This document shows, in pieces, positions 28,054 through 36,235 of a stretch of 56,858 nt of DNA. The number at the start of each line of letters is the position of its first letter. The first letter of the stretch is position 1. The position numbers and the translations under genes are program-made. The DNA comes from Chloroflexaceae bacterium (GTDB lineage: Bacteria; Chloroflexota; Chloroflexia; Chloroflexales; Chloroflexaceae): positions 1 to 56,858 of the forward strand of contig JBDNDG010000001.1 in NCBI GenBank assembly GCA_046719255.1, read 5' to 3'. Below the pieces are notes generated by a model. That model was not told the origin of the DNA and did no database searches. It saw nothing but the letters and a program-made list of their open reading frames with translations.

Positions 28054-28548
28054 TTACCACTCCGGCGCAGCCAGTTCGCGCAACTGGCGGGCAAAATCAA
28101 CCACCCTCGGCTGCACCAGGCGCGCGAAGTCAGCGTAGGCCAGCCCGATCGTCTCGGTATGGGTACCGGCCTGGAAGACGATGCGCTCCTGCGCCGTCAA
28201 CTCCGGCGCAACATAGACCGGAATACCATACAGGTTCCCGAACGGAGGCATCGCGCCCACCTGACAATCGGGGAAGAGCCTGGCCAGTTCCGGCTCCTCG
28301 GCCAGACGCAGATCGTAGACCCCCACAGCCGCGCTGAGCAACTCCATATCAACCTGGTGGGTCGCCGGCAGCACGAGCATGATCGGCGCCTCGTTGGCCA
28401 TCACAATGACCACCTTGGCCATCATGAATTCGGGGAGATGCTCGCTGGCGGCAACCTCCCGGGCCGTGAAGGCCAGCGGGTGCTGTTGGAGGACAAAGTC
28501 AACCTGCTGGTCGCGCAAATACGCGGTGAGCGTCTCGAGGCAAGCCAT
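28054..28548 (-). CDS. YbaK/ProX-like aminoacyl-tRNA deacylase domain protein
   Basis: 164 aa. GGAGG precedes ATG 28548. Contains 'VGAMPPFGNLYGIPVYV', typical of the YbaK/EbsC fold. Lies 42 nt upstream of the radical SAM gene on the same strand. Confidence 0.65.
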   Translation of the reverse strand: MACLETLTAYLRDQQVDFVLQQHPLAFTAREVAASEHLPEFMMAKVVIVMANEAPIMLVLPATHQVDMELLSAAVGVYDLRLAEEPELARLFPDCQVGAMPPFGNLYGIPVYVAPELTAQERIVFQAGTHTETIGLAYADFARLVQPRVVDFARQLRELAAPEW

Positions 28549-28853
28549 AGTGCCACCTCCAATGCTACAAGCGCGAGTACGCAGCTATTACCACCGGCCG
28601 GGGGCCGGAGCACAACCAGCACACGGCACAACGCGGAGCGGCGCGGAGGAGACACTAAGACCACGGGAAGCAACCGCGGCCCGCGTAGCGTGAGTATACG
28701 CCGGTAAGCGGCGCATGGACGCAAAGAACGCTTCACCGGGGGAGAAGATCGGACCACCGGGATGCCAGGCATGCCGCACGGTAGCCCGCGTATGGGAGGG
28801 GCTTCAGGGGCAGACCGAACTTGTGAGCGCATGCAGCTCTCAGGGAGGAGCGT

Positions 28854-28872
28854 GGGGAAACGGCGTTTCCCC
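28854..28872. repeat. module A-like hairpin ggggaaacggcgtttcccc
   Basis: Seen directly. Confidence 0.85.
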
Positions 28873-29154
28873 ACCTGAGGCCCCGACTTACGGGCGACGG
28901 CAGGAGAGCCCGGCTCTCCCACCCCCTTTCTGCCCGCATATGCTTATACCATTTCAGATTGTAGGATGTTGGATTGCAGATGGTCGTGCAAGGCGGCCAG
29001 GCGCGCTTTGACGCAACGCTGCTTGCGGAGTGTTCAAGTGAAATTGGTATTACTGGCTCGCCAATCTAGTTGTGGTGGATAGTTTTTTGCGGGGAGGGCT
29101 TTGCCCTCCCTCGCCTCCTTCTGCCACATTCATCACAATTGTCGTGGCAGAGCA

Positions 29155-29445
29155 TTACTTCTTGAGCGGCTGGCCGGTATATGGATCAAACCGCCACTCG
29201 CCGGTGGGGTCAACGCCGGCCTGAGAGGGTGTGAGCAGGCGTGCATCGGGCTGTGGCGCCGGCGTGCCTTCCATGGGCATGATGATCCAGAGGATGATGT
29301 AGATCAACGGGCTGAGGCCGCTCAGTACTGCCAGTACAAACACCAGCCGGACAATCGTGGCGTCGATTCCGAAGTAGCGGGCCAGGCCGCCACACACGCC
29401 ACCGATGATCCGATCGCTCTTGCTTCGCGCCAGTCGAGTCTCCAC
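29155..29445 (-). CDS. PspC-domain membrane protein
   Basis: GTG 29445 lies 6 nt after AAGGAG. Contains 'RSKSDRIIGGVCGGLARYFGIDATIVRLVFVL', the PspC signature, and one TM helix. The track ORF start 29550 is probably an over-extension. Confidence 0.75.
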   Translation of the reverse strand: METRLARSKSDRIIGGVCGGLARYFGIDATIVRLVFVLAVLSGLSPLIYIILWIIMPMEGTPAPQPDARLLTPSQAGVDPTGEWRFDPYTGQPLKK

Positions 29446-29632
29446 GGGGTTCTCCTTAGTTACTTGCGGGCCACACCGGGTGGCACCAGTTGTTTCCTGC
29501 CCATACGACGACCGGCGCACATGATTGTTGCGCGGCTCGCGCCACATCATTCACAAGAGTCCCACGCTGTCTTCACAACCGGTTCACAGGTCCCGGCTAC
29601 ACTCGGGCCGTCGTTCTCCCCAGGGGACGACC

Positions 29633-29654
29633 CGCGCGCGAAGCTTCGCGCGCG
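29633..29654. promoter_or_regulatory. perfect 22-bp palindrome CGCGCGCGAAG/CTTCGCGCGCG
   Basis: 11-bp arms with no spacer, located between the divergent PspC-domain gene and ORF 29687. Confidence 0.3.
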
Positions 29655-29686
29655 TGCCGGGATGACACGCACAGGAGGTTGATCGC

Positions 29687-30355
29687 ATGCGAAGCATCGT
29701 ACGCCTGGCGCTGACGCGCCTCGGTCTCGCCACGGCCCTGGTCCTCACCCTCATCGCAGCCGTTCCGATTGTCGCGCGAGCCGCGCCTGCGTCCGCCAAC
29801 GCGCCGGTCGCGGCGCAGCAGGAGGCGTCCCGCGGCGGCGGCGGGCTGGTCGCGGCGCTGATCCGATCCACCAGTGAGCTGACCGGTCTTACCGGCCAGC
29901 AGGTACTCGATGAGCTGCGCGCGGGTAAGAGCCTGGCGCAGATTGCCGCGGCTAATGGGAGTAGCGGCGACGCGGTGGTGCAGGCGGTGGTGGCGCGGAT
30001 CAAAGAGCGACTGGACCGCCTGGTGGCCGCCGGGCGCCTGACCCGGGCTCAGGCCGACGAGCGCCTGGCCACGGTGACCACCCGGGCCACTGAGCTGGTT
30101 AATGATACGACGCTGGGTCAAACAATCGACACCCGCGCGACGAATCGCCAGGATCGGGCCGTTACCGCGGCGCTGGTACAGGCGGCCAGTGACGCCACCG
30201 GGCTGAGCGCTGGCGACATTCTCACGCGCCTGCGCGATGGCGAGAGCCTGGAGCAGATCGTGCGCTCGGCCGGCGCCAATCCGACGGCGGTGATTGACGC
30301 CGCTACGGCGGCCTTCCGCGCCGCCGCAGAGAGGGCTATGACCGCGACCCGCTAG
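29687..30355 (+). CDS. secreted hypothetical protein with two ~55-aa internal repeats
   Basis: AGGAGG precedes the ATG. Signal peptide ends ..VARA/AP. The repeats are 'TGLTGQQVLDELRAGKSLAQIAAANG' and 'TGLSAGDILTRLRDGESLEQIVRSAG'. Confidence 0.6.
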   Translation: MRSIVRLALTRLGLATALVLTLIAAVPIVARAAPASANAPVAAQQEASRGGGGLVAALIRSTSELTGLTGQQVLDELRAGKSLAQIAAANGSSGDAVVQAVVARIKERLDRLVAAGRLTRAQADERLATVTTRATELVNDTTLGQTIDTRATNRQDRAVTAALVQAASDATGLSAGDILTRLRDGESLEQIVRSAGANPTAVIDAATAAFRAAAERAMTATR

Positions 30356-30390
30356 GCACTCCTTCGGCTGCGCCTCGCTGCCTTTTTTCT

Positions 30391-30475
30391 GGGAGGGCTT
30401 CGCCCTCCCAAACCCTCCCGGTGCGAAGGGCTTGCCACCCCGGCAGGCAGGGGCCTGGCGAAACCCGGTTTCACC
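30391..30475. repeat. composite repeat in inverted orientation (B 30391..30409, A-like 30457..30475)
   Basis: Seen directly. Confidence 0.85.
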
Positions 30476-30514
30476 ATACTTTAGAACATGACACATGCAT
30501 TTACAACATCAGCC

Positions 30515-30560
30515 GTTTCATGCCATCAATGAAACATGAATCGAGAAAATGTGTTACAAT
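30515..30560 (+). promoter_or_regulatory. AT-rich control region: inverted repeat GTTTCAT-N7-ATGAAAC (30515..30535) and extended -10 TGtTACAAT (30552..30560)
   Basis: Seen directly, 37 nt upstream of ATG 30597, which has a GAGGAA Shine-Dalgarno. Confidence 0.45.
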
Positions 30561-30596
30561 ACCGTCAGCATTCTGACCACCGTGTGAGGAACCCTC

Positions 30597-31715
30597 ATGG
30601 CCAGCGTGGAGCCGCCCGCACCCGCCGCCTCCGACGGCGCGAATGCCGGGGCCGAGCCTTCGGTGCGGTTGCGACGTGCGGCGTTGCTGGAGGCGCTTGA
30701 TGGGCTGCGGGCCAGCCCCGACCTGCCCGCCTTGCGCGCCGCCCTGGTCGCGCTGTCCGCGGCGGTGGGGCCAGGGGGTGAGTTGCGCGCCGCCGACGAC
30801 GAAGAGGCGGTTGTTTTTCCCGAAGGTTTGCTGCGCTCCGAGCTGGCGCAAATTGGCGCGGCCCTGACCCTGGAACGCGCCCGTTATTACGCCGAACGCC
30901 TGGGCAGGGCGGCTCGCGGCGCGCGCACAGCGGCAATCAACGAGATTGACCTGAACCGCTGGAAAGCCTACGAGGACATTGTTACCGATAGTCTCTGGTT
31001 AATTGAGCGCCGCGATGGCAGTGGTGTGCACCGGGCGGACTACTGGGGCAATTTCGTGCCCCAGATTCCCAACCAGTTGATGCGCCGCTACACGCGCCGC
31101 GGCGAGTGGGTGCTCGACCCCTTCGCCGGCTCCGGCACGACCCTCATCGAGGGGCAGCGCCTCGGACGGCATGTGCTGGGGGTCGAGTTGCAGCCTGACC
31201 TGGTTGAACGCGCACGCGAGCTGGTGAGCGCCGAGCCGAATCCCTTCGGGGTGGCGCTGCCGGTGGTCCAGGGTGATAGCACGGCGCTGGATTTTTGCGC
31301 CCTGCTGGCCGGGCATGGAGCCACTTCTGCCCAGCTCGCCATTCTGCATCCACCCTACCACGATATTATTCACTTCAGTGATGACCCCCGCGATCTGTCC
31401 AACGCGGCCTCGCTCGATATCTTCCTGACCCTGTTGGGACGGGTGGTGGATGGTGTTGCCGCTGCGCTCGACCGGGGGCGCTACCTGGCGCTGGTGATCG
31501 GCGATAAGTACGCTCGCGGTGAGTGGGTGCCGCTTGGCTTCCTGGCGATGCAGGTAGTGCAGGGTCGCGGTTTTGCGCTCAAGAGTATCGTGGTCAAGGA
31601 TATCCACGGCACCGCGGGCAAGCGCGCGCAGCAGGAGTTGTGGCGCTACCGCGCCCTCGTCGGCGGTTTCTACGTCTTTCGCCACGAGTATGTGTTTGTC
31701 TTTCGCAAACGGTAG
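30597..31715 (+). CDS. SAM-dependent methyltransferase (DNA N6/N4-methylase-like) with motif I before an unusual HPPY motif IV
   Basis: 'VLDPFAGSGTTLIEG..LGRHVLGVEL' (FxGxG, motif I) is followed ~95 aa later by 'ILHPPYHDI'. An Ala-rich ~110-aa N-terminal extension precedes them. Confidence 0.65.
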   Translation: MASVEPPAPAASDGANAGAEPSVRLRRAALLEALDGLRASPDLPALRAALVALSAAVGPGGELRAADDEEAVVFPEGLLRSELAQIGAALTLERARYYAERLGRAARGARTAAINEIDLNRWKAYEDIVTDSLWLIERRDGSGVHRADYWGNFVPQIPNQLMRRYTRRGEWVLDPFAGSGTTLIEGQRLGRHVLGVELQPDLVERARELVSAEPNPFGVALPVVQGDSTALDFCALLAGHGATSAQLAILHPPYHDIIHFSDDPRDLSNAASLDIFLTLLGRVVDGVAAALDRGRYLALVIGDKYARGEWVPLGFLAMQVVQGRGFALKSIVVKDIHGTAGKRAQQELWRYRALVGGFYVFRHEYVFVFRKR

Positions 31716-31823
31716 CGCCGGGGCCTCTACGCCCAAACCCCACCCACGGGCGGGGAAACCCGGTTCCCCTACGCCCCTTCGCAGGAGACGTTGGCGGCCT
31801 GTGCCCTTCCAACCCCTCCCTGC

Positions 31824-32582
31824 TCATGCTGTCGCGTCGGGGAAGGCCGCGCTGACCAGCGCAGGCAGGAGTTTACCTGAACGGGCATGCAGGTAAAAGA
31901 GGCGCTCCTCGACCCCGTCGGTCACATCGAGGTTGATCACCGCCACAGTGGCCCCGGCGGCGTAGGCCACGCGTGGCAAGGAGGCTGCCGGCTCCACCAA
32001 CCCGGAGGTGCCAATCGAGAAAAACAGGTCGCAGGCCCGGGAGGCGCGCCAGGCGCGCTCCAGGGCCTCGGACGGCAAGAGTTCGCCGAACCAGACCACG
32101 TCGGGACGTAGGGGCGCGCCGCAGGCCGGGCACGGCGGGGGTGGATCGGCTACGTCGGGCCAGGTCGTGTAGACCGTGCCCTCGGCTGAACAGCGCACTC
32201 GCAGCAGGTTGCCGTGCAGTTCGATGACCGACGTGCTGCCTGCGCGCTGGTGCAGCCCGTCAACATTCTGGGTGATCAGGGTGAAGCGTGGCACCAGATG
32301 CTCCAGGCGCGCCAGGGCCAGATGCCCGGGGTTAGGCTCCGCCGCGCTCACCAGTTGCCGCCGCCAGGCGTACCACTCCCAGACCAGGCGCGGGTTGCGG
32401 CGAAAGGCCTCAGGTGTCGCCAGTTCCTCGGGGTTGTAGCGCGCCCACAATCCGGTCTGCGCGGCGCGAAAGGTTGGGATGCCACTCTCAGCGCTCACCC
32501 CCGCCCCGGTGAGCACCACAACATGCTGCGACCGGCGCAGCGCTGCAATCAGTTCTGGCGGAAGAGCCTCAGGGGTCGTCAT
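31824..32582 (-). CDS. cobB: NAD-dependent protein deacylase (Sir2/CobB family)
   Basis: Start trimmed to ATG 32582. Motifs '[16 protein letters not shown]', '[13 protein letters not shown]', 'ELHGN' and '[14 protein letters not shown]'. Confidence 0.85.
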   Translation of the reverse strand: MTTPEALPPELIAALRRSQHVVVLTGAGVSAESGIPTFRAAQTGLWARYNPEELATPEAFRRNPRLVWEWYAWRRQLVSAAEPNPGHLALARLEHLVPRFTLITQNVDGLHQRAGSTSVIELHGNLLRVRCSAEGTVYTTWPDVADPPPPCPACGAPLRPDVVWFGELLPSEALERAWRASRACDLFFSIGTSGLVEPAASLPRVAYAAGATVAVINLDVTDGVEERLFYLHARSGKLLPALVSAAFPDATA

Positions 32583-32641
32583 GGTTCTGCTCCCGTGGCA
32601 ATCCATCCGGCACGTTTCTGCATGGGAGGGGATATGAACAC

Positions 32642-32704
32642 GGGGAAACCGGGTTTGCCCATGCCCCTCCCGCTGCGGAGGATTTGGGAGGGCTGCGCCC
32701 TCCC
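32642..32704. repeat. composite repeat (A 32642..32660, C hairpin, B 32686..32704)
   Basis: Seen directly. Confidence 0.9.
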
Positions 32705-32789
32705 AGGAAACAAACTCGTGTTCATTACCCTTCCGGCTACCGCTGGCACAGGCTCCACTCCCCGCCAGAGGCCACATGAGAAAGCAGGG

Positions 32790-33305
32790 TTATTCCGGTC
32801 TAAACACTAGTTCAAAACGCCTGGTGTGGGCGTCGAGGAACTGCACGTGCCAGATGCCGCAGGTGGGCGCGGGGTTGCCCCCACTGTACACGTGCCGGCT
32901 GAGATCGATCTTCTCGTTACTGAGCTCGAGCAGCGCAGCACGGATCGGCGAGCCATGGCTGACAATCCCGATACGCGTGTAGGGCGAATCCTCGGCGGCG
33001 CCGAGCAACTCGCGGACACGGCGGCGCACCTGCTCGAAGGGTTCACCCGGCGCATGCTCCTGCACCAGTGTCGTGAACGTCACCGGCAGGCCCAACCGGT
33101 CGGCCAGCACCTCCGCCGTCTGGCTGGTGCGGGCGAACGGCGAGACGAAGAGATGCTCAAGCTCCTTGCCGAGCAGGAACGCGGCCGCCCGTGCGGCCTC
33201 ATCGCGCCCACGCTCCGAAAGCGCCGGGCCAGGAGGCGTTTGGTAAGGAATGGCCGGATCGTGAACTGGCTGACCATGGCGGATCAAAAACAGATCGGTT
33301 AGCAC
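32790..33305 (-). CDS. histidine phosphatase family protein (phosphoglycerate mutase-like)
   Basis: 'LFLIRHGQ' RHG motif, 'SPFARTSQTA' and 'VSHGSPI'. GTG 33305 lies 6 nt after GAGGAG. ATG 33329 is the alternative start. Confidence 0.75.
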   Translation of the reverse strand: MLTDLFLIRHGQPVHDPAIPYQTPPGPALSERGRDEAARAAAFLLGKELEHLFVSPFARTSQTAEVLADRLGLPVTFTTLVQEHAPGEPFEQVRRRVRELLGAAEDSPYTRIGIVSHGSPIRAALLELSNEKIDLSRHVYSGGNPAPTCGIWHVQFLDAHTRRFELVFRPE

Positions 33306-33373
33306 ACAACGCTCCTCACGTATGCCCAATTGCGCCGGCAGGGTACCATACGGCCCCTGGAGCTGTCAACGGT

Positions 33374-33402
33374 TTGACGCGCCGTAGCGCAACAATTACA
33401 AT
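33374..33402 (+). promoter_or_regulatory. sigma70-like promoter TTGACG-17-TACAAT
   Basis: Seen directly, 137 nt upstream of ATG 33539. Confidence 0.5.
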
Positions 33403-33538
33403 GCTAGTGCGTCCCATGTACGGTGCCTTGCCCTGGTCATTGCGGGCGCCAGCGCGGCGGGGCACCACGCACCAGAAATGGCACGATCTACTCAAGCCGG
33501 CGCGGCCGGCGGTGCGACTCTAGCAAAGGAATCGGACG

Positions 33539-34741
33539 ATGCGGCTGATCCTCTACCTCGGCAAAGGCGGCGTCGGAAAGACCACGACCTCGGCGGCTAC
33601 TGCTGTGCGCGCGGCAGAACTGGGCTATCGGACCCTGGTGGTGAGCACCGATGTGGCCCACAGTCTCGCCGATGCCCTTGACGCGCCCCTGGGATCGCTC
33701 CCTACGCCGCTGACCGACCGGCTGTGGGGCCAGGAGATCAACGTGCTCGACGAGGTGCGCGAGCACTGGGGTGAGTTGCGTGGCTACCTGTCTACGCTGC
33801 TCCGCCGCCGTGGCGTGGACGATGTCGCTGCTGAGGAACTGGCGATTATTCCAGGCATGGAAGAGGTCGTGAGCCTGTTGCACATCCGCCGCCAGGCCAA
33901 GACCGGCGATTTCGATGTGGTCGTGGTTGATGCGGCGCCCACCGGCGAGACGGTGCGGCTGCTGACCATGCCCGAGACCTTCCAGTGGTACGCCGCCCGG
34001 GTGATGGACTGGGAGCCTACGACGCTCAGGGCCGCCCGCCCCCTGGTCAAACAACTCATGCCCGCCGCAGATATGTTTGCGACCCTTGAGCGGCTCACCA
34101 AGGGCGTTGAGGCCCTCCGCGAGACGTTAACCGACCCGGAGGTGAGTTCGTATCGCCTGGTGGTCAACCCCGAACGGATCGTGATCAAGGAGGCCCAGCG
34201 CGCGGCTACCTACCTTTCACTCTTTGGCTATCCCATTGATGGCGTGGTGCTGAACCGGGTGTTGCCGTTGGATGCCGCCGAAGGTTCGTTTATGCAGGAA
34301 CTGGCCCGCATTCAGCAGCGCTACCGCCAACTGGTCTACGATCTCTTCCAGCCACTGCCGATCTGGGAGTGCCCCTACTACGCCCGCGATCTGGCCGGTC
34401 TCGAGGATCTGGCCCGCGTGGGCCGCGATATCTTCGGGGAGACCGACCCGGTACAGGTGCAGTTCCGTGGCAAGACGCAGGAGATCGTGCGTGATGGCGA
34501 TGAGTATGTGATGCGCCTGCCGCTGCCCCACGTGGAGATCGGCAAGGTCTCGATGACCAAGCGCGGCGATGAGTTGTTTATCGAGATCGGCAACTTTCGT
34601 CGCGATATGATCCTCCCGCTGACCCTGGCCGAGCGCCCGGCAAAACGCGCCGTCTTTCGCAATGGCGTGCTGGAGGTGCGCTTCGGCGCACCCGAAACCC
34701 TGCCCCTGGACTCGCCCAACGGGAGCGACAACGGCTCCTGA
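33539..34741 (+). CDS. ArsA/GET3-family ATPase with C-terminal HSP20-like domain
   Basis: P-loop 'GKGGVGKTT', 'VVSTDVAHSL', 'DAAPTGETVRLL'. The C-terminal ~80 aa 'YVMRLPLPHVEIGKVSMTKRGDELFIEIGNFRRDMILP...NGVLEVRF' is alpha-crystallin-like. Confidence 0.75.
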   Translation: MRLILYLGKGGVGKTTTSAATAVRAAELGYRTLVVSTDVAHSLADALDAPLGSLPTPLTDRLWGQEINVLDEVREHWGELRGYLSTLLRRRGVDDVAAEELAIIPGMEEVVSLLHIRRQAKTGDFDVVVVDAAPTGETVRLLTMPETFQWYAARVMDWEPTTLRAARPLVKQLMPAADMFATLERLTKGVEALRETLTDPEVSSYRLVVNPERIVIKEAQRAATYLSLFGYPIDGVVLNRVLPLDAAEGSFMQELARIQQRYRQLVYDLFQPLPIWECPYYARDLAGLEDLARVGRDIFGETDPVQVQFRGKTQEIVRDGDEYVMRLPLPHVEIGKVSMTKRGDELFIEIGNFRRDMILPLTLAERPAKRAVFRNGVLEVRFGAPETLPLDSPNGSDNGS

Positions 34742-34857
34742 GCGGGCTGTCAACGAAGGGTTCTGCGAGCTGCTCGCCCCCTCCGCCGCCGTGGTTCAGG
34801 AGCGAACAAAAGATGTGGGCGCATGCGGAAGATGGTGCCTGGAGGCCCGCACCTCTG

Positions 34858-34885
34858 TCCCCTCTCCCACGTGCGGGAGAGGGGA
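34858..34885. repeat. TCCCCTCTCCC-N6-GGGAGAGGGGA hairpin (11-bp stem)
   Basis: Seen directly, 117 nt after the ArsA-like stop. Same family as 3318..3342. Confidence 0.7.
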
Positions 34886-35099
34886 GACCAGAGCCACGCG
34901 TGGGGGCGTTCCAATGCGCTACAGGCCGCACCGGCTCGGATGTTCCGTTCGCCCATGCCCCCCGCCAGGGCTGCTGTGCATGGCCTGCGAGGAGGGTTTC
35001 CCGGAGGGCAATACCCTCGACTCCTCCCCGGGTTGAGCCGTTCGAAGCCCTCGGCCACAGCCGGCGCCCGGGCAGCGCAGCTTGCGGTACAGACTGGTT

Positions 35100-36017
35100 A
35101 TGCTGCTCCCAGGCTTAGAGGCCACTGTTGCCATCATCGGTGTGCCGATCGACCTCGGCGCTGGACGCCGGGGTGTAGATATGGGGCCCAGCGCGATGCG
35201 CTACGCCGGTCTGCGCGACCGCCTCGAGACGCTGGGCTACCAGGTGCGCGACCAGGGGAACCTGCCTGTGCCCATGGTCGAGACCAGCGCGACTCCGCCC
35301 CCCGGGGCGAAGCTGCGCTACCTGGAGCCGATCGCAACGGCCTGCGCGGCCCTGGCCGAAACCGTCGCCGGCATGGTTGCGCAGGGGCACCTTCCGCTCA
35401 TTCTCGGCGGTGACCATAGTCTGGCGATTGGCTCCGTCAGCGGCAGCGCCCGTGGCCGCAGGCTGGGGTTGATCTGGATCGACGCCCACGCCGACTTTAA
35501 CACGGCTGAGACCACGCCGAGCGGCAACATTCACGGCATGGGCCTGGCGGCCCTGGTCGGTCATGGGCACCCGCTGCTCACCGGCCTGGCCCTGCACACC
35601 CCCGCGGTGCGCCCCGAGTATGTGGCCCTCATCGGGGTGCGTGACCTCGACCCGCTGGAGCGGGCGGCGCTGCGGGCCTCGGGTGTGCATGTGTTCACGA
35701 TGCACGAGATCGACCGGCGGGGGATGGCTGCGGTGATTGAAGAAGCGGTGCAGCGCGCCTCGAACGGCACCGCCGGGTTCCACGTTAGCCTTGACCTGGA
35801 TGTGGTTGACCCCCGCGAGGCTCCCGGCGTCGGCACGCCGGTCTTTGGCGGCATTTCACGACGCGAGGCGCACCTGGCAATGGAGGTGGTGGCCCTGAGC
35901 GGAGGGGTACGCAGCCTCGATGTTGTCGAAGTCAACCCCATTCTCGACGAACGCAACACGACTGCGGAGCTGGCGGTAGAGCTGGTGCTGTCGGCGCTGG
36001 GCAAGCGTATTCTTTAG
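35100..36017 (+). CDS. rocF: arginase
   Basis: 'IIGVPIDLGAGRRGVDMGPSAMRYA', 'GGDHSLAIG', 'IWIDAHADFNT', 'SGNIHGM', 'SLDLDVVDP' and 'EVNPILD'. Closely follows the Bacillus RocF pattern. TTG 35082 is the alternative start. Confidence 0.9.
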   Translation: MLLPGLEATVAIIGVPIDLGAGRRGVDMGPSAMRYAGLRDRLETLGYQVRDQGNLPVPMVETSATPPPGAKLRYLEPIATACAALAETVAGMVAQGHLPLILGGDHSLAIGSVSGSARGRRLGLIWIDAHADFNTAETTPSGNIHGMGLAALVGHGHPLLTGLALHTPAVRPEYVALIGVRDLDPLERAALRASGVHVFTMHEIDRRGMAAVIEEAVQRASNGTAGFHVSLDLDVVDPREAPGVGTPVFGGISRREAHLAMEVVALSGGVRSLDVVEVNPILDERNTTAELAVELVLSALGKRIL

Positions 36018-36066
36018 GTTCGCCCCCGGGCGCCCCTGCGGCTGCGCCGCCCCACCCTGAACATAC

Positions 36067-36129
36067 GGGGAAACCGGGTTTCCCCATGCCCCTCCCTGTG
36101 GGGCAGGTTGGGGAGGGCTACGCCCTTCC
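36067..36129. repeat. composite repeat (A 36067..36085, C hairpin, B-like 36111..36129)
   Basis: Seen directly. Confidence 0.9.
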
Positions 36130-36235
36130 GGGAAAACACCTGTCTTCATCTCATCAGTGCAGGTTCCCCACGTCCCGGGGAGGGGCGGCGCGCTTTCACG
36201 CCCTCCCACCGGGCCAGGTTCGATGGAGAAAGGCC

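Noticed and set aside
31824-32582. The Sir2 domain gene next to a methyltransferase as an anti-phage (Thoeris/DSR-like) effector.
   Set aside because: It is a compact 252-aa CobB-type sirtuin with complete NAD and zinc-ribbon motifs and no extra sensor or SLOG/TIR partner. It is convergent to the methyltransferase, not co-transcribed with it.
31824-32777. N-terminally extended versions of many track ORFs (for example cobB 32777, kinase 6121, GT2 18195, mgtE 22179, dnaK 46779, sbcC 36086 and amine oxidase 45148).
   Set aside because: The extensions read through A/B repeat modules (WEGAALP, GKPGFP-type peptides) or lack a Shine-Dalgarno. Internal starts with clear SD sequences and family-typical N-termini were used instead.
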